From positions 1 through 64,000 of the IMG/VR virus record IMGVR_UViG_3300045135_000898: DNA of 64,000 nt. One strand, written 5' to 3'. Of the stretch, positions 15,275 through 24,531 are shown piece by piece (positions within the stretch are counted from its first letter, which is position 1; every line of letters starts with the position of its first letter). Position numbers and translations under genes: made by a program. The notes under the pieces are model-generated. The model was given only the letters and a program-made list of their open reading frames with translations. It was not told where the DNA came from and did no database searches. Source of the DNA: a virus.

Positions 15275-16107
15275 TCAATTAGTTGGCGACAACGATTCTT
15301 AATAAGGTAATTCAGAATCTTCATTTTAGGTGCGACTTTAGCGCTTTCATACGTATTTATAATCGTCTGTTTGATGTCGTCTGGGATCTCAGATAGATCA
15401 ATCAGTTTCTTATTACGAATGTAGTTGCGGTAAACTTCTTCACCCATTGCATCACGTAGGTTTTCTACGTTTTCCATCCAGTGTTCAATCTTTTTCTTAG
15501 TGACAGGTTTTTGGCGTTCACCGTTAACGAATACATCGTCATGACTAAGTACGTTAGGTACGCCATCGCCTGAGTCACCTTTAAAGATATGTTCCATAAT
15601 GTATTGGCGTGGATTCTTTTCCTGCACAAACTTCTTAGTCATTGGACTGTATTGGCGTACGTTATTGTACTTCTGTAACTGAATAAAATCCTTATCAGCT
15701 GAAACAATCATAACGTCATCATGTTTGCCAAACTCTTGAGTTTCTTCAACAAGAGTACCAATGATATCATCGGCTTCGACTCCAGGTACGTATACGACTT
15801 TATATGGAAAGTGGTCAACCAATTCGTCACGTACTTTGTTTAGGATTTCAAATACATGGTTCCAATCGATTAAAGACTTGTCGTCTTCACGTGCTTGGCG
15901 ACGTTTGAATTTGTATTGGGGGTAATAGTCACGGCGCCAAGAACCACCATCACATGCAATAACAACATCACCGTATTCGTTACGGAACTTTTTGTTATAC
16001 ATACGAATTGAGTTTAGGACCATGTGACGAATAAGGTCTTCATTAATCTCAAGCTTTTGTGTAACGACAGCACCAAGGGCAATACCGTTAAAGTCAATAA
16101 TAATCAC
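15253..16107 (-). CDS. rnh: T4-type RNase H / 5'-3' exonuclease
   Basis: IIDFN, WRRDYYPQYK, EADDIIG, SADKDF, GDSGDGVPN. Confidence 0.93.
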   Translation of the reverse strand: MIIIDFNGIALGAVVTQKLEINEDLIRHMVLNSIRMYNKKFRNEYGDVVIACDGGSWRRDYYPQYKFKRRQAREDDKSLIDWNHVFEILNKVRDELVDHFPYKVVYVPGVEADDIIGTLVEETQEFGKHDDVMIVSADKDFIQLQKYNNVRQYSPMTKKFVQEKNPRQYIMEHIFKGDSGDGVPNVLSHDDVFVNGERQKPVTKKKIEHWMENVENLRDAMGEEVYRNYIRNKKLIDLSEIPDDIKQTIINTYESAKVAPKMKILNYLIKNRCRQLIDCVGDFH

Positions 16108-16136
16108 GCTATGTCTCCATTCATTTTCATAGTACC

Positions 16137-16168
16137 ATTATATCAAACCATAATGTTAATGTAAATAG
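16137..16168 (-). promoter_or_regulatory. Promoter, CTATTTACA class
   Basis: GCTATTTACA-N17-TATAAT. Confidence 0.75.
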
Positions 16169-16172
16169 CAAA

Positions 16173-16442
16173 TTAAGAATTATTTTCAATCTTTACTTGT
16201 TTTGTGATTTCGTCCATCATTTCATGCCATTGGTGATCTTCGCCTGCTTGACGTAGCAATGCTGCATATGTTACATTTAGGACGATACTTAAATCTTCGA
16301 ACAGCTTATCTTCAGGAGTCATGTAATAACGATACTCTTGAAGAGTCGTTAACATATTCTGCATAAGCATTCTGGCCATGTCCAACTCGTGGTCCATGGT
16401 TGGCTTTTCTTCAGCCTTCTTGAATTGTATTATCTTGGCCAT
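16173..16442 (-). CDS. Hypothetical protein
   Basis: ORF track; MAKIIQF N-terminus typical of phage proteins. Confidence 0.65.
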   Translation of the reverse strand: MAKIIQFKKAEEKPTMDHELDMARMLMQNMLTTLQEYRYYMTPEDKLFEDLSIVLNVTYAALLRQAGEDHQWHEMMDEITKQVKIENNS

Positions 16443-16854
16443 CCATCAGTCCTTTCACGTGATTACGATGTATCTTAACCTGTATGATACCATTATAGTA
16501 TTCATCAGGTTTAAGTAGAACTTCGCGCTCCACTTGTTCTTTCATTTCTAGGTAAGACATTTCGCCTTTACCTTTACATAGATGGAGTATTTCTCGATGA
16601 AATAGATCACCACCACTGTTTTCGACCAAAGTCTTTATCTCGTCGTTAGAACCATAATAGGTTTTCCAATCTGACTCAACGATCTTCGTTCTACGCCTTT
16701 TTTGACCCTTCAGTGGTGGCAGTCTTCGTTTACTGATTAATGTTTTCTTACCAATGTACTTTTTATTTGTGGACAGATTAGTTAGGACGTAAACGAATCC
16801 TACGTAATCTCCGATGTCTTCCGATGTAAATTCCTTGCCTTTGTAATACCACAT
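16411..16854 (-). CDS. GIY-YIG family nuclease
   Basis: GFVYVLTN...KKYIGKK, YYGSN, FHREIL, YYN. Confidence 0.8.
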   Translation of the reverse strand: MWYYKGKEFTSEDIGDYVGFVYVLTNLSTNKKYIGKKTLISKRRLPPLKGQKRRRTKIVESDWKTYYGSNDEIKTLVENSGGDLFHREILHLCKGKGEMSYLEMKEQVEREVLLKPDEYYNGIIQVKIHRNHVKGLMDGQDNTIQEG

Positions 16855-16894
16855 AGTCCATAACCTTATTCATATTATGAACTATTTATGGGCA

Positions 16895-17026
16895 TTATTC
16901 AAAGTCAAGTTCTTCTATGATTTCTTCACCGCAAAAAGGACAGTAACGAAGTTCTGCTTCTTCCTCGGTAAATGCTACATTAAACTCCATGTCACATGAT
17001 CCACACGTTACATTGAATTCATTCAT
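16895..17026 (-). CDS. 43-aa zinc-ribbon protein (below ORF-track cutoff)
   Basis: MNEFNVTCGSCDMEF...YCPFCGEE; ATGA overlap with the glutaredoxin stop. Confidence 0.65.
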   Translation of the reverse strand: MNEFNVTCGSCDMEFNVAFTEEEAELRYCPFCGEEIIEELDFE

Positions 17027-17274
17027 AGTGATAGTTCCTTAACTGATAGCCATTTTACTAATTCGTCATAACCACCGATGTTTGTGTTACCACCTTCTTC
17101 AAGAAGTACAACCTGTGGGAAAGTACGCGCTTGAGGAAACATCTCCATCATTTCATCACGATCAAAATCTGTACCTAGTTTGTTTTCAGCCCAATCGTAA
17201 CCTTTGTTGGTTAAAGTCATTTTAGCTTTTTCGCAGTATGGACAATTAGGCTTACTATAAACTACAAATTTCAT
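17023..17274 (-). CDS. nrdC: Glutaredoxin
   Basis: CPYC, TFPQV, IGGYDEL. Confidence 0.93.
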   Translation of the reverse strand: MKFVVYSKPNCPYCEKAKMTLTNKGYDWAENKLGTDFDRDEMMEMFPQARTFPQVVLLEEGGNTNIGGYDELVKWLSVKELSL

Positions 17275-18431
17275 AAACTCATTCCTTTCAAAGTATCTTC
17301 ATTAATATCTTGTTTCAGACCACCAATAACGTATGAAGTGATCTCAGTTTCTTGTGGAGCAACTTGTACGTTACCGCCACCAATCCATTTTTCAGTCCAA
17401 GGTAGAGGGTTAGACTGTGGCACAGTATAAGGAGAATGGTAACCAAGAGTACGCATACGCTTAGTGCCAATCCATTCAACATAATCAGACAACAAACGTT
17501 CATTCAGACCAATCATTGAGCCATCTTTAAATAAGTAATGAGCCCAGGCCTTTTCTTGTTCAATTGCAGATTTGAACATTTCAACGATCTGAGGTTCGCA
17601 TTCGATTTTAATCTGAGCAAAGTCAGGATCTTCTTTAGGCAAATTCTTAATGATGTTTTGTGAAGTAGCAAGGTGAACGTTTTCGTCACGAGCAATTAGC
17701 TTAATAATTTTAGCATTACCTTCCATCTTTTTCAATTCAGCAAATGCCCAAGAACATGCAAACGAAACATAGAAACGAACACCTTCAAGAATGTTAACGC
17801 TATTAAGTGCAAGCCATAGCTTTTTCTTTAGTTCTTTCTTGTCAATGTTAACAAATTCGCGTTTACCTGTTACTTTATTTTCAATAGCATAACGACCTTC
17901 ACCGACAAGATCGTACCATTTAGCGTATTCAATAAAGTCGTCGTAGTACTTTGAAATATCTTCAGCACAAGAAGTAATCTCAGGAATGTCAAGCATTTCA
18001 TCGAATACTTTACTTGGGTTACTATACACGTTACGAATAATGTGAGTGTATGAACGGCTGTGAATGGTTTCAAAGAAAGACCAAGTTTCTACATTCGTCT
18101 CAAGTTCAGGAATAGAGACATACGGCAAGAATGCCAAGTTGGGCGAACGGCCCTGCACTGAATCCAACAGAATCTGACGTTTCAGGTTAGATGTAAAGAT
18201 ATGCTGTTCAAATTCTGTTAGCTTACTAAAGTCAATCTTATCCTTCGTAACATCAACTTCTTCAGGACGCCAGAAGAAACCTAGCATCTTATCAGTTAGT
18301 TTGTCGAGTGAAGGGTATTTGATTTGATCATAGCGAGCGATATCCACGGGCTCATCAAAAAACATATTAGATTCAAGATGAGATTTAGTCTTACGTTGGA
18401 ATACCGACATTCGATTTTTTCCTCTCTTCAT
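17271..18431 (-). CDS. nrdB: Ribonucleotide reductase class Ia beta subunit
   Basis: FFWRPEEVD, LDSVQGR, ETIHSRSY, LEGVRFYVSF, RDENVH, VAPQETEITSY; start probably 18410. Confidence 0.96.
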   Translation of the reverse strand: MKRGKNRMSVFQRKTKSHLESNMFFDEPVDIARYDQIKYPSLDKLTDKMLGFFWRPEEVDVTKDKIDFSKLTEFEQHIFTSNLKRQILLDSVQGRSPNLAFLPYVSIPELETNVETWSFFETIHSRSYTHIIRNVYSNPSKVFDEMLDIPEITSCAEDISKYYDDFIEYAKWYDLVGEGRYAIENKVTGKREFVNIDKKELKKKLWLALNSVNILEGVRFYVSFACSWAFAELKKMEGNAKIIKLIARDENVHLATSQNIIKNLPKEDPDFAQIKIECEPQIVEMFKSAIEQEKAWAHYLFKDGSMIGLNERLLSDYVEWIGTKRMRTLGYHSPYTVPQSNPLPWTEKWIGGGNVQVAPQETEITSYVIGGLKQDINEDTLKGMSL

Positions 18432-18464
18432 TTCACGGGTAAATTATATATCATATTAAGATCG

Positions 18465-18872
18465 TTAAGCGCCTCGGTAGAGACGCTCAATTTCTTGTTG
18501 TTTGGCGAAAGAGATATTCTTCTTCCATAACCAGTAACCGATGTCGCGTTCGTCGTCCTGAATCATCAGCAGACCCATAGCACGTTTCCAATTACAACCT
18601 TCTTCGCGCATCATCAGCTTGAGCTCATCTTTGAACTCAACCAAAGCTTCTGCTTGCTCTTTTTCTTCACGTGCGATGTCTTCTAACATCATAGTCATCA
18701 TTCGGTCAAGAGCCTCGTTGAATGCCACAGCCGACATCTCAACCCAAGATGTCCATTCACCCATACGCGGACGGTAACCGTAGACATCCTTATGGAAGTC
18801 TGAGAAGAAGATATCTTCCATTTCTTTAATACGAGCGTGAGTACCAGCTTTAGTAGTGATTCGCATAGTCAT
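18465..18872 (-). CDS. Hypothetical protein inserted between nrdA and nrdB
   Basis: SDFHKDVYGYRPR motif; GGAGAG RBS before the ATG near 18872. Confidence 0.65.
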   Translation of the reverse strand: MTMRITTKAGTHARIKEMEDIFFSDFHKDVYGYRPRMGEWTSWVEMSAVAFNEALDRMMTMMLEDIAREEKEQAEALVEFKDELKLMMREEGCNWKRAMGLLMIQDDERDIGYWLWKKNISFAKQQEIERLYRGA

Positions 18873-18993
18873 AATTACTCTCCAAAAGTTCCGCCAATGA
18901 TAACAAGTGTAACAGCTATGATAGCTGCCCAAGCAACAACATTTAGGATTTCGATTCTAGTCATAACGTTTCCTTTCATTAATTTATGGATCT

Positions 18994-19023
18994 ATTATAC
19001 AAAAAAGAAGGGGCAATGTAAAC
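18994..19023 (-). promoter_or_regulatory. Early promoter
   Basis: GTTTACA-N17-TATAAT-AGATCCATAAAT. Confidence 0.75.
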
Positions 19024-19077
19024 CCCTTCTTTAAGTTTTTTTAGATTAAATTATTCTAAAAGTAGAACGTTTTATTA

Positions 19078-21369
19078 TTAGATCTTACAGCTTTCGCATT
19101 CGCCGTCATCGTAATCAGACTGCTCAAGATCAGGAAGATCTTCGTCAGGTGATTCGCCTGCGCCGTCATGCGTATTGTTATAATAAAGCTGTTTACCACC
19201 GTACTTGTAGAAAGTAACGATATCTTTAAGCAATTGCGACATAGGTACCTTTGAATCATCAAAGTGCTCAGGATTGTAACTAGTGTTTACACTGATACCT
19301 TGGTCAATGTACTTCTGAAGTACAGCACAAACTTTAAGATAACCATCAGGTGATGTTTGATCCCAAAGCAAATCATATTTATTTTTAAGGTGGTGGTACC
19401 CAGGAACAACCTGTGCCATTACACCGTCCTTAGACTGCTTGTATGATACCAACGCGCGAGGTGGTTCAATACCATTCGTACTGTTACTAATCTGAGCTGA
19501 CGTTTCAGCCGGCATTAATGCCATCAGAGTAGAGTTACGAATACCAGTTTGTTTGATCTTAGCTCGTAAACCTTCCCAATCCATACGTTCTTTATGTGGA
19601 ACAAGTTCATCTACATCTTTCTTGTATGTATTATTCGGGAATATACCGCGAGCATACTTTGTCTCACGAATTAGTCCAGGTATACCACGTTCAGCAGCCA
19701 GATCAACAGATGCTTTAATTAGATAATAAGACCATGCCTCAGCGTATTCGTCGATTGTTTCAAGAGCGCCATCATCATATTTAAGACCGCGTTTCGCCAA
19801 GAAGTAAGCTAGGTTAATAATACCTACACCTAATGGACGACGTCCCATTGTTGAAATCTCAGCTGCTTTAACTGGATACGCTTGGTAATCCAATAGCGCA
19901 TCTAGAGCTCGTACAGCAATGTTACAGTACTTTTCAAATTCTGACGGATGGTTAATGACACCCCAGTTAATTGCCGACAACGTACATAGAGAGATCTCGC
20001 CTTCAGAATCATCAACAGAAGATAGAGGTTTTGTGGGTAAGTCAATTTCACAACATAGGTTAGACTGTTTAATTGGAGCAAGACTTTCAATGAATGAGCC
20101 ATGTGTATTAGCGTGGTCTACGTTCATTAGGTAAATACGACCAGTGTCTTTACGTTCCTGTAAGAATGAACTAAACACTTCCATAGCAGGTAAAGTCTTC
20201 TTACGAATATTCTTATCTGCTTCGTACTTTTCGTACAGACGTTTAAATTCATCTTGGTCAGCATAAAACGCATCCATAAGACCAGGAACATCATTAGGAC
20301 TAAACAGTGTAATGTTACCACCCGTTAGTAGACGTTCGTACATTGTCTTATTGAATTGGAATGCATAGTCCATGTGGCGTACACGGTTTTCTTCAGTGCC
20401 TTTGTTATTTTTCAGTACAACAAGGTTTTCAAACTCAAGATGCCAAACTGGAAGGTAAATTGTAGCTGCACCGCCCCTTACACCACCCTGTGAGCAGGAT
20501 TTGACCGCCGCTTGGAAATATTTGAGGAAAGGTATAAGTCCCGTGTGTACAACTGATCCATCGCCGACTCTAGACCCTTCAGCTCGGATCGAACCTGCTC
20601 CAATTCCGATGCCAGCTTTCTTAGAGATATAACGAACCACAGAAGAGGCAGTTGAATTAATAGAATCAAGAGTATCACCGGATTCAATAAGCACGCAAGA
20701 ACTAAACTGGCGAGTGGGAGTTCGTACACCGGCCATAATAGGTGTTGGTAGACTAATAGCGAAGTTGGATACCGCATCATAAAAGTCCTTTACATAATTT
20801 AAACGAGTTTCGGTTGGATAGTTACCAAATAAGGTAGCACCAATCATCATATAAGCAATTTGCGGAGTTTCATAGATTTTTTTAGTAGAACGGTCTTGTA
20901 CAAGGTATTTACCTCGGAACTGTTCCATCGCTACATATGTGAAGCTGTCGTCACGAGAATGCTTGATATAAGCATCTAATTCATTTAACTCTTCTTCAGT
21001 GTATGTAGTAAGAATATCAGCATCGTATACGCCAAAATCAACGTTTGTTTTAATCACATCAATTAAAGGTAATGGCGTGTATTGCTGGTAAACCTCTTTA
21101 CGAAGTTTGTAGTTTACCAAACGAGCTGCAACATATTGATAGTTCGGAGTATTCTCAGAAATCAGTTCAGCTGCTGACTTAATCAACAATTCGTGGATAT
21201 CATCAGATGAAATTTTATCGTATAGCTGAATGTTAGCACGCATTTCAATCTCTGAAATAGAGACGCCATTAATACCTTCGGTGGCCCACTCTAGGACTCG
21301 ATGTACTTTATCTAGGTCGAACGGCTCAAGAGATCCTTTGCGTTTGGTTATCTTGATGGTTTTGATCAT
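19078..21369 (-). CDS. nrdA: Ribonucleotide reductase class Ia alpha subunit with ATP cone
   Basis: ITKRKG ATP cone, RQFSSC, CSQGGVRGG, SNLCCEI, RNSTL..MPAETS, LYY, C-terminal CESCKI; no intein or intron. Confidence 0.97.
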   Translation of the reverse strand: MIKTIKITKRKGSLEPFDLDKVHRVLEWATEGINGVSISEIEMRANIQLYDKISSDDIHELLIKSAAELISENTPNYQYVAARLVNYKLRKEVYQQYTPLPLIDVIKTNVDFGVYDADILTTYTEEELNELDAYIKHSRDDSFTYVAMEQFRGKYLVQDRSTKKIYETPQIAYMMIGATLFGNYPTETRLNYVKDFYDAVSNFAISLPTPIMAGVRTPTRQFSSCVLIESGDTLDSINSTASSVVRYISKKAGIGIGAGSIRAEGSRVGDGSVVHTGLIPFLKYFQAAVKSCSQGGVRGGAATIYLPVWHLEFENLVVLKNNKGTEENRVRHMDYAFQFNKTMYERLLTGGNITLFSPNDVPGLMDAFYADQDEFKRLYEKYEADKNIRKKTLPAMEVFSSFLQERKDTGRIYLMNVDHANTHGSFIESLAPIKQSNLCCEIDLPTKPLSSVDDSEGEISLCTLSAINWGVINHPSEFEKYCNIAVRALDALLDYQAYPVKAAEISTMGRRPLGVGIINLAYFLAKRGLKYDDGALETIDEYAEAWSYYLIKASVDLAAERGIPGLIRETKYARGIFPNNTYKKDVDELVPHKERMDWEGLRAKIKQTGIRNSTLMALMPAETSAQISNSTNGIEPPRALVSYKQSKDGVMAQVVPGYHHLKNKYDLLWDQTSPDGYLKVCAVLQKYIDQGISVNTSYNPEHFDDSKVPMSQLLKDIVTFYKYGGKQLYYNNTHDGAGESPDEDLPDLEQSDYDDGECESCKI

Positions 21370-21406
21370 ATGTTCTTCTCACTTGGTTTAATAATTTATA
21401 GAGCTA

Positions 21407-21438
21407 ATTATATATCATTAGCACTTCGATGTAAATAG
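21407..21438 (-). promoter_or_regulatory. nrdA promoter, CTATTTACA class
   Basis: GCTATTTACA-N17-TATAAT. Confidence 0.7.
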
Positions 21439-21466
21439 CCTTGGTGCATAAAAATGTAAAAAAACA

Positions 21467-21500
21467 TATTTACATCTGAAGAAAAGTGTGGTATAATAGA
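21467..21500 (+). promoter_or_regulatory. Plus-strand sigma70-like promoter facing into the spanin genes (antisense)
   Basis: TATTTACA-N17-(TGTGG)TATAAT-AGA with an A-tract upstream. Confidence 0.7.
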
Positions 21501-21530
21501 TTAACGATCTGGGGGAAGGTAGATATACCT

Positions 21531-21875
21531 TTATTCAGGCTTTACAGCCTCTTCGTAATAAAGTATAATTTCCTTTTGTTGTTCAATGTAACGACGCAGC
21601 TCAGCGAAGTTAAGAGATAGGTTTTCGTAGTCTTTAATTGAAATAGCAATGTAGACACGGTCGCCGTTTTTATCTTCGAACTCAGTAATGAACTCTTCGT
21701 AATTATCTTTTGTAACAACGTAGATCTTAACTCGATTGAGTTGAGCTTGTTTGGGTCTAGCTACAATTGGAACTTCAGTCTTTACAGTGTTAGTTACTGT
21801 TACTATCTTCGGTTCCGGTATCAGGCTGCTGCACCCCATTAGGGTTAGTGATGTCAGCAAGATCAGTCCATAATT
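21531..21875 (-). CDS. o-spanin (Rz1-like lipoprotein)
   Basis: MNYGLILLTSLTLMG-C lipobox; overlaps the end of the i-spanin. Confidence 0.8.
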   Translation of the reverse strand, partial: NYGLILLTSLTLMGCSSLIPEPKIVTVTNTVKTEVPIVARPKQAQLNRVKIYVVTKDNYEEFITEFEDKNGDRVYIAISIKDYENLSLNFAELRRYIEQQKEIILYYEEAVKPE

Positions 21876-22209
21876 CATCAGTCGCATTTTGCATTCTCTT
21901 TTCAATTAATCCTGGCTTCTTAAGAGCAAGCTGAGTTAAGTTATGCTTTTGTAGTGTGTTCCTTAACTCATCGCCGTATTGTTCAGCCTTTTGTAAATCA
22001 GCGGAAAGCTGTAGGTTCATCTCATTAAGACGTTTAGTTTCAGATTCCATTAGCCTTAACGAGTCTTCACTCAGTTTCACTGCGGTTTCCATCTTGGCGA
22101 CATTTGCTCTTGCAGTTTCAAGATCGGACTGCAACTTGGTGACATACCAATAGCCACCAGCTGCTGCAGTAAGAACCGCAGTGATAATCATAATTCTAAT
22201 ATACATCAT
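21790..22209 (-). CDS. i-spanin (Rz-like)
   Basis: N-terminal TM helix followed by a long coiled coil; KPGLIE motif of T4-like i-spanins. Confidence 0.8.
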   Translation of the reverse strand: MMYIRIMIITAVLTAAAGGYWYVTKLQSDLETARANVAKMETAVKLSEDSLRLMESETKRLNEMNLQLSADLQKAEQYGDELRNTLQKHNLTQLALKKPGLIEKRMQNATDELWTDLADITNPNGVQQPDTGTEDSNSN

Positions 22210-22224
22210 ATAATTATATATCTC

Positions 22225-23004
22225 TTATTTTTCGTGTTTCTTAATCAATTTCTCAATGAAAGACATACCTTGTGCGCGACGGTACATGCGCTCCATATCG
22301 CCTTTCTTACGTTTGTCTCGTTTAGCATATCCCGTTGGATTAAGGTCTACACCACCGCCTGCTACTGAATTAGCCGCGACTTCTTCTTTGATTGGTTTAA
22401 GATACTTACCAGCAGCCACTGTGGTTTTTCCATCGTCCCATTCTACTTCAACGCGGCCACCAGCTTTGTCACCACCTTTCACAACAGTACCTTTATTACC
22501 GTTGTGAATATTTTGAACTCGCATGTTTTTAATTAGTTTACCTTCTTCAAGCTCAACCTCTTCCATCATACCGTACATTTTATCCAACTCACGTGCATCG
22601 GTACCACGGAATAATTTGGCCGCATCAGCAGCGCTACGACCAGTGTCCTTCATCCATTCAAGAGCTTTGCTATAGTTCTTGTTGAACTTTTTACTTAGCA
22701 TTACCTTAAGCTCTTCCCAAGGAGAACGTTCTTGAAGCTCCGTTGATTCTTTAACAGATTCTTTAGGTACGCAATTAGGAACTTCCTTACCGTCTTTCTT
22801 TTTCGTACCTAATTGTACATAGCCTTTCCAGCAAGGATCGTCGTCAGACTTTTCAAGCTCTTCCTGCTTGTATTTCTTTTTACCTTTCTCTTTACGGAGT
22901 TCGTATTCTAATTCCTTTTTACGGAATGAAGAAGCACGAGAAGGGCCAATACGGTCACCAAACTTATCGTATTTTGCTTCAGTGAATTGCTTAAATGTTT
23001 TCAT
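22225..23004 (-). CDS. Putative internal head protein, modular
   Basis: MKTFKQFTEA CTS-like N-terminus; DPCWKGY..LGTKKK.GKEVPNCVP module; internal x-x-E sites. Confidence 0.7.
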   Translation of the reverse strand: MKTFKQFTEAKYDKFGDRIGPSRASSFRKKELEYELRKEKGKKKYKQEELEKSDDDPCWKGYVQLGTKKKDGKEVPNCVPKESVKESTELQERSPWEELKVMLSKKFNKNYSKALEWMKDTGRSAADAAKLFRGTDARELDKMYGMMEEVELEEGKLIKNMRVQNIHNGNKGTVVKGGDKAGGRVEVEWDDGKTTVAAGKYLKPIKEEVAANSVAGGGVDLNPTGYAKRDKRKKGDMERMYRRAQGMSFIEKLIKKHEK

Positions 23005-23309
23005 TAGTTATCTACCTTTGCTCCTGCGCGCCACTGATAGCACGACCAATATTTAGCTTTCCATTTTGGGCCTGGATCTTTATCGCATCCATGGCGAGCA
23101 CGGAATGATTTGCGACGTTCAGGATCATCTCGTTTGATTTCCATATTAGGATCACCAAATTTAACCATAACGATGTTTCCTTTATCGTTACGAACGTATA
23201 CACCGAACTTTTTCTTTTCGCCTGAAGGTAGACGGAAAGGATCGTTCAGTTTTACCTTACGTCCTTGATATTCGGCTTGTTCAGAAATAAACTCTTTGAA
23301 ATTGATCAT
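23004..23309 (-). CDS. Putative internal head protein (basic, RRKSFRARH-x-C family)
   Basis: MINFKEFISE; KFGDPNM-x-IKRDDP-x-RRKSFRARH-x-C...YWSC-x-x-W. Confidence 0.75.
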   Translation of the reverse strand: MINFKEFISEQAEYQGRKVKLNDPFRLPSGEKKKFGVYVRNDKGNIVMVKFGDPNMEIKRDDPERRKSFRARHGCDKDPGPKWKAKYWSCYQWRAGAKVDN

Positions 23310-23893
23310 CGTTTTAAATCCTGTGCGGTAACATACAAATCTTGACCAGATATCATATGTTTAACTTTATAGATGGATTGTCCTAGTACCGTATCGATAG
23401 GATCACTTACTGATTCTACGACAATCTTATGATTCTTTTTACCAATGATTTCTCCTGTAATTGGAGAAGCAATATCATACGTAAGTTTGTATTCGCCTTG
23501 GCCTAGCTTACCTTCAGTAACGATCCAAACATTCGTGTCTTCTACTAAAGTATCATTAAGGTCCATACCTAATTCAGCAAATACTTGCTCGAACTCATCA
23601 TCGTTAAAATTGAAGTTTTCTCTTAGTAGGTATAATGCGGTCGCGTACGATGCAAGTTTGCTACGACCACCTGGGAGCATTTCAATAGTACGCTTAATGT
23701 TAAAAGCAAGACGGTCGAATAAAGTGTAAGATTCTTTTTCTTCGACTGTCTTAAGATCTCGTGTTTTACGAAGCACTTTGCCTTTATCGTCGATGATGCC
23801 GTATTTGAACGCATCCATGTCTTCCCAATCCGTAGTCAATTTACGTAGGAACTTATAGACGAAAAACGCGCCAGCTGCGTTACTTAAACTCAT
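23306..23893 (-). CDS. Conserved T4-like hypothetical late protein
   Basis: FLRKLTT-x-W...AFK-x-GIID-x-x-G...FDRL-x-FNIKR motif. Confidence 0.75.
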   Translation of the reverse strand: MSLSNAAGAFFVYKFLRKLTTDWEDMDAFKYGIIDDKGKVLRKTRDLKTVEEKESYTLFDRLAFNIKRTIEMLPGGRSKLASYATALYLLRENFNFNDDEFEQVFAELGMDLNDTLVEDTNVWIVTEGKLGQGEYKLTYDIASPITGEIIGKKNHKIVVESVSDPIDTVLGQSIYKVKHMISGQDLYVTAQDLKR

Positions 23894-24258
23894 ATCTTTC
23901 TCAGTGCCTCTACTATCTTAGTATCCAACGGGATTTCTGGTAATGCGTCATCGCCGATGTAATTAAGATATATCAAAAATGTTTTAAGGTACGACCAATG
24001 TTTACGACTAACTTTGTAGAATGTTAGCTTATGACCGCCTTCTATACCAAACACATTATAAATTACAATCAGATGATTAAGAATTAACCTTTCTTGTAAA
24101 TCATCGTTTACTTCGTATCTTTTAAACAATCGTTTAAGATACTTAAATCTGTTCAAGTCGTCGTTGAATTCGTCAACGCTTGTACATTGAGGATTATCGT
24201 ATACATGCATAGCATACATAGCGAAGTTATCCTCATTAATGATGTCGAATAAATGCAT
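23890..24258 (-). CDS. Conserved T4-like hypothetical late protein
   Basis: YDNPQC...EF-x-DDL-x-RFKYLKRL...ERLILNH motif. Confidence 0.8.
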   Translation of the reverse strand: MHLFDIINEDNFAMYAMHVYDNPQCTSVDEFNDDLNRFKYLKRLFKRYEVNDDLQERLILNHLIVIYNVFGIEGGHKLTFYKVSRKHWSYLKTFLIYLNYIGDDALPEIPLDTKIVEALRKI

Positions 24259-24291
24259 AAAAACCCTATAAAGATCAACTCAATATAGGGT

Positions 24292-24299
24292 TATTTATA
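24292..24299 (-). promoter_or_regulatory. Late promoter TATAAATA abutting an RBS-overlapping hairpin (24262-24292)
   Basis: Octamer followed by AACCCTATA...TATAGGGTT TTT ATG. Confidence 0.7.
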
Positions 24300-24304
24300 T
24301 GCTA

Positions 24305-24529
24305 TTACTTTTTCTTTTTACGAGATACTTTCTTAACAATCTTTTCGACAATTGTATCTTCGGCAGGTTCTTCTACTTCAGCAACTTCAACCGCAGGAGC
24401 AGGTTTAACACCGTTCCATTCTGCGATCTGTTCTGCTGTTAGGCGAGCAACCTTTAGTCGTTCGCCTTTTGCATTGTAGTAACCGTCTTCTTTTGCGATA
24501 GCATCTTTAAGCCAAGTTGGTTTAGCCAT
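24305..24529 (-). CDS. Small hypothetical protein
   Basis: ORF track; AGGAG RBS. Confidence 0.7.
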   Translation of the reverse strand: MAKPTWLKDAIAKEDGYYNAKGERLKVARLTAEQIAEWNGVKPAPAVEVAEVEEPAEDTIVEKIVKKVSRKKKK

Positions 24530-24531
24530 TC

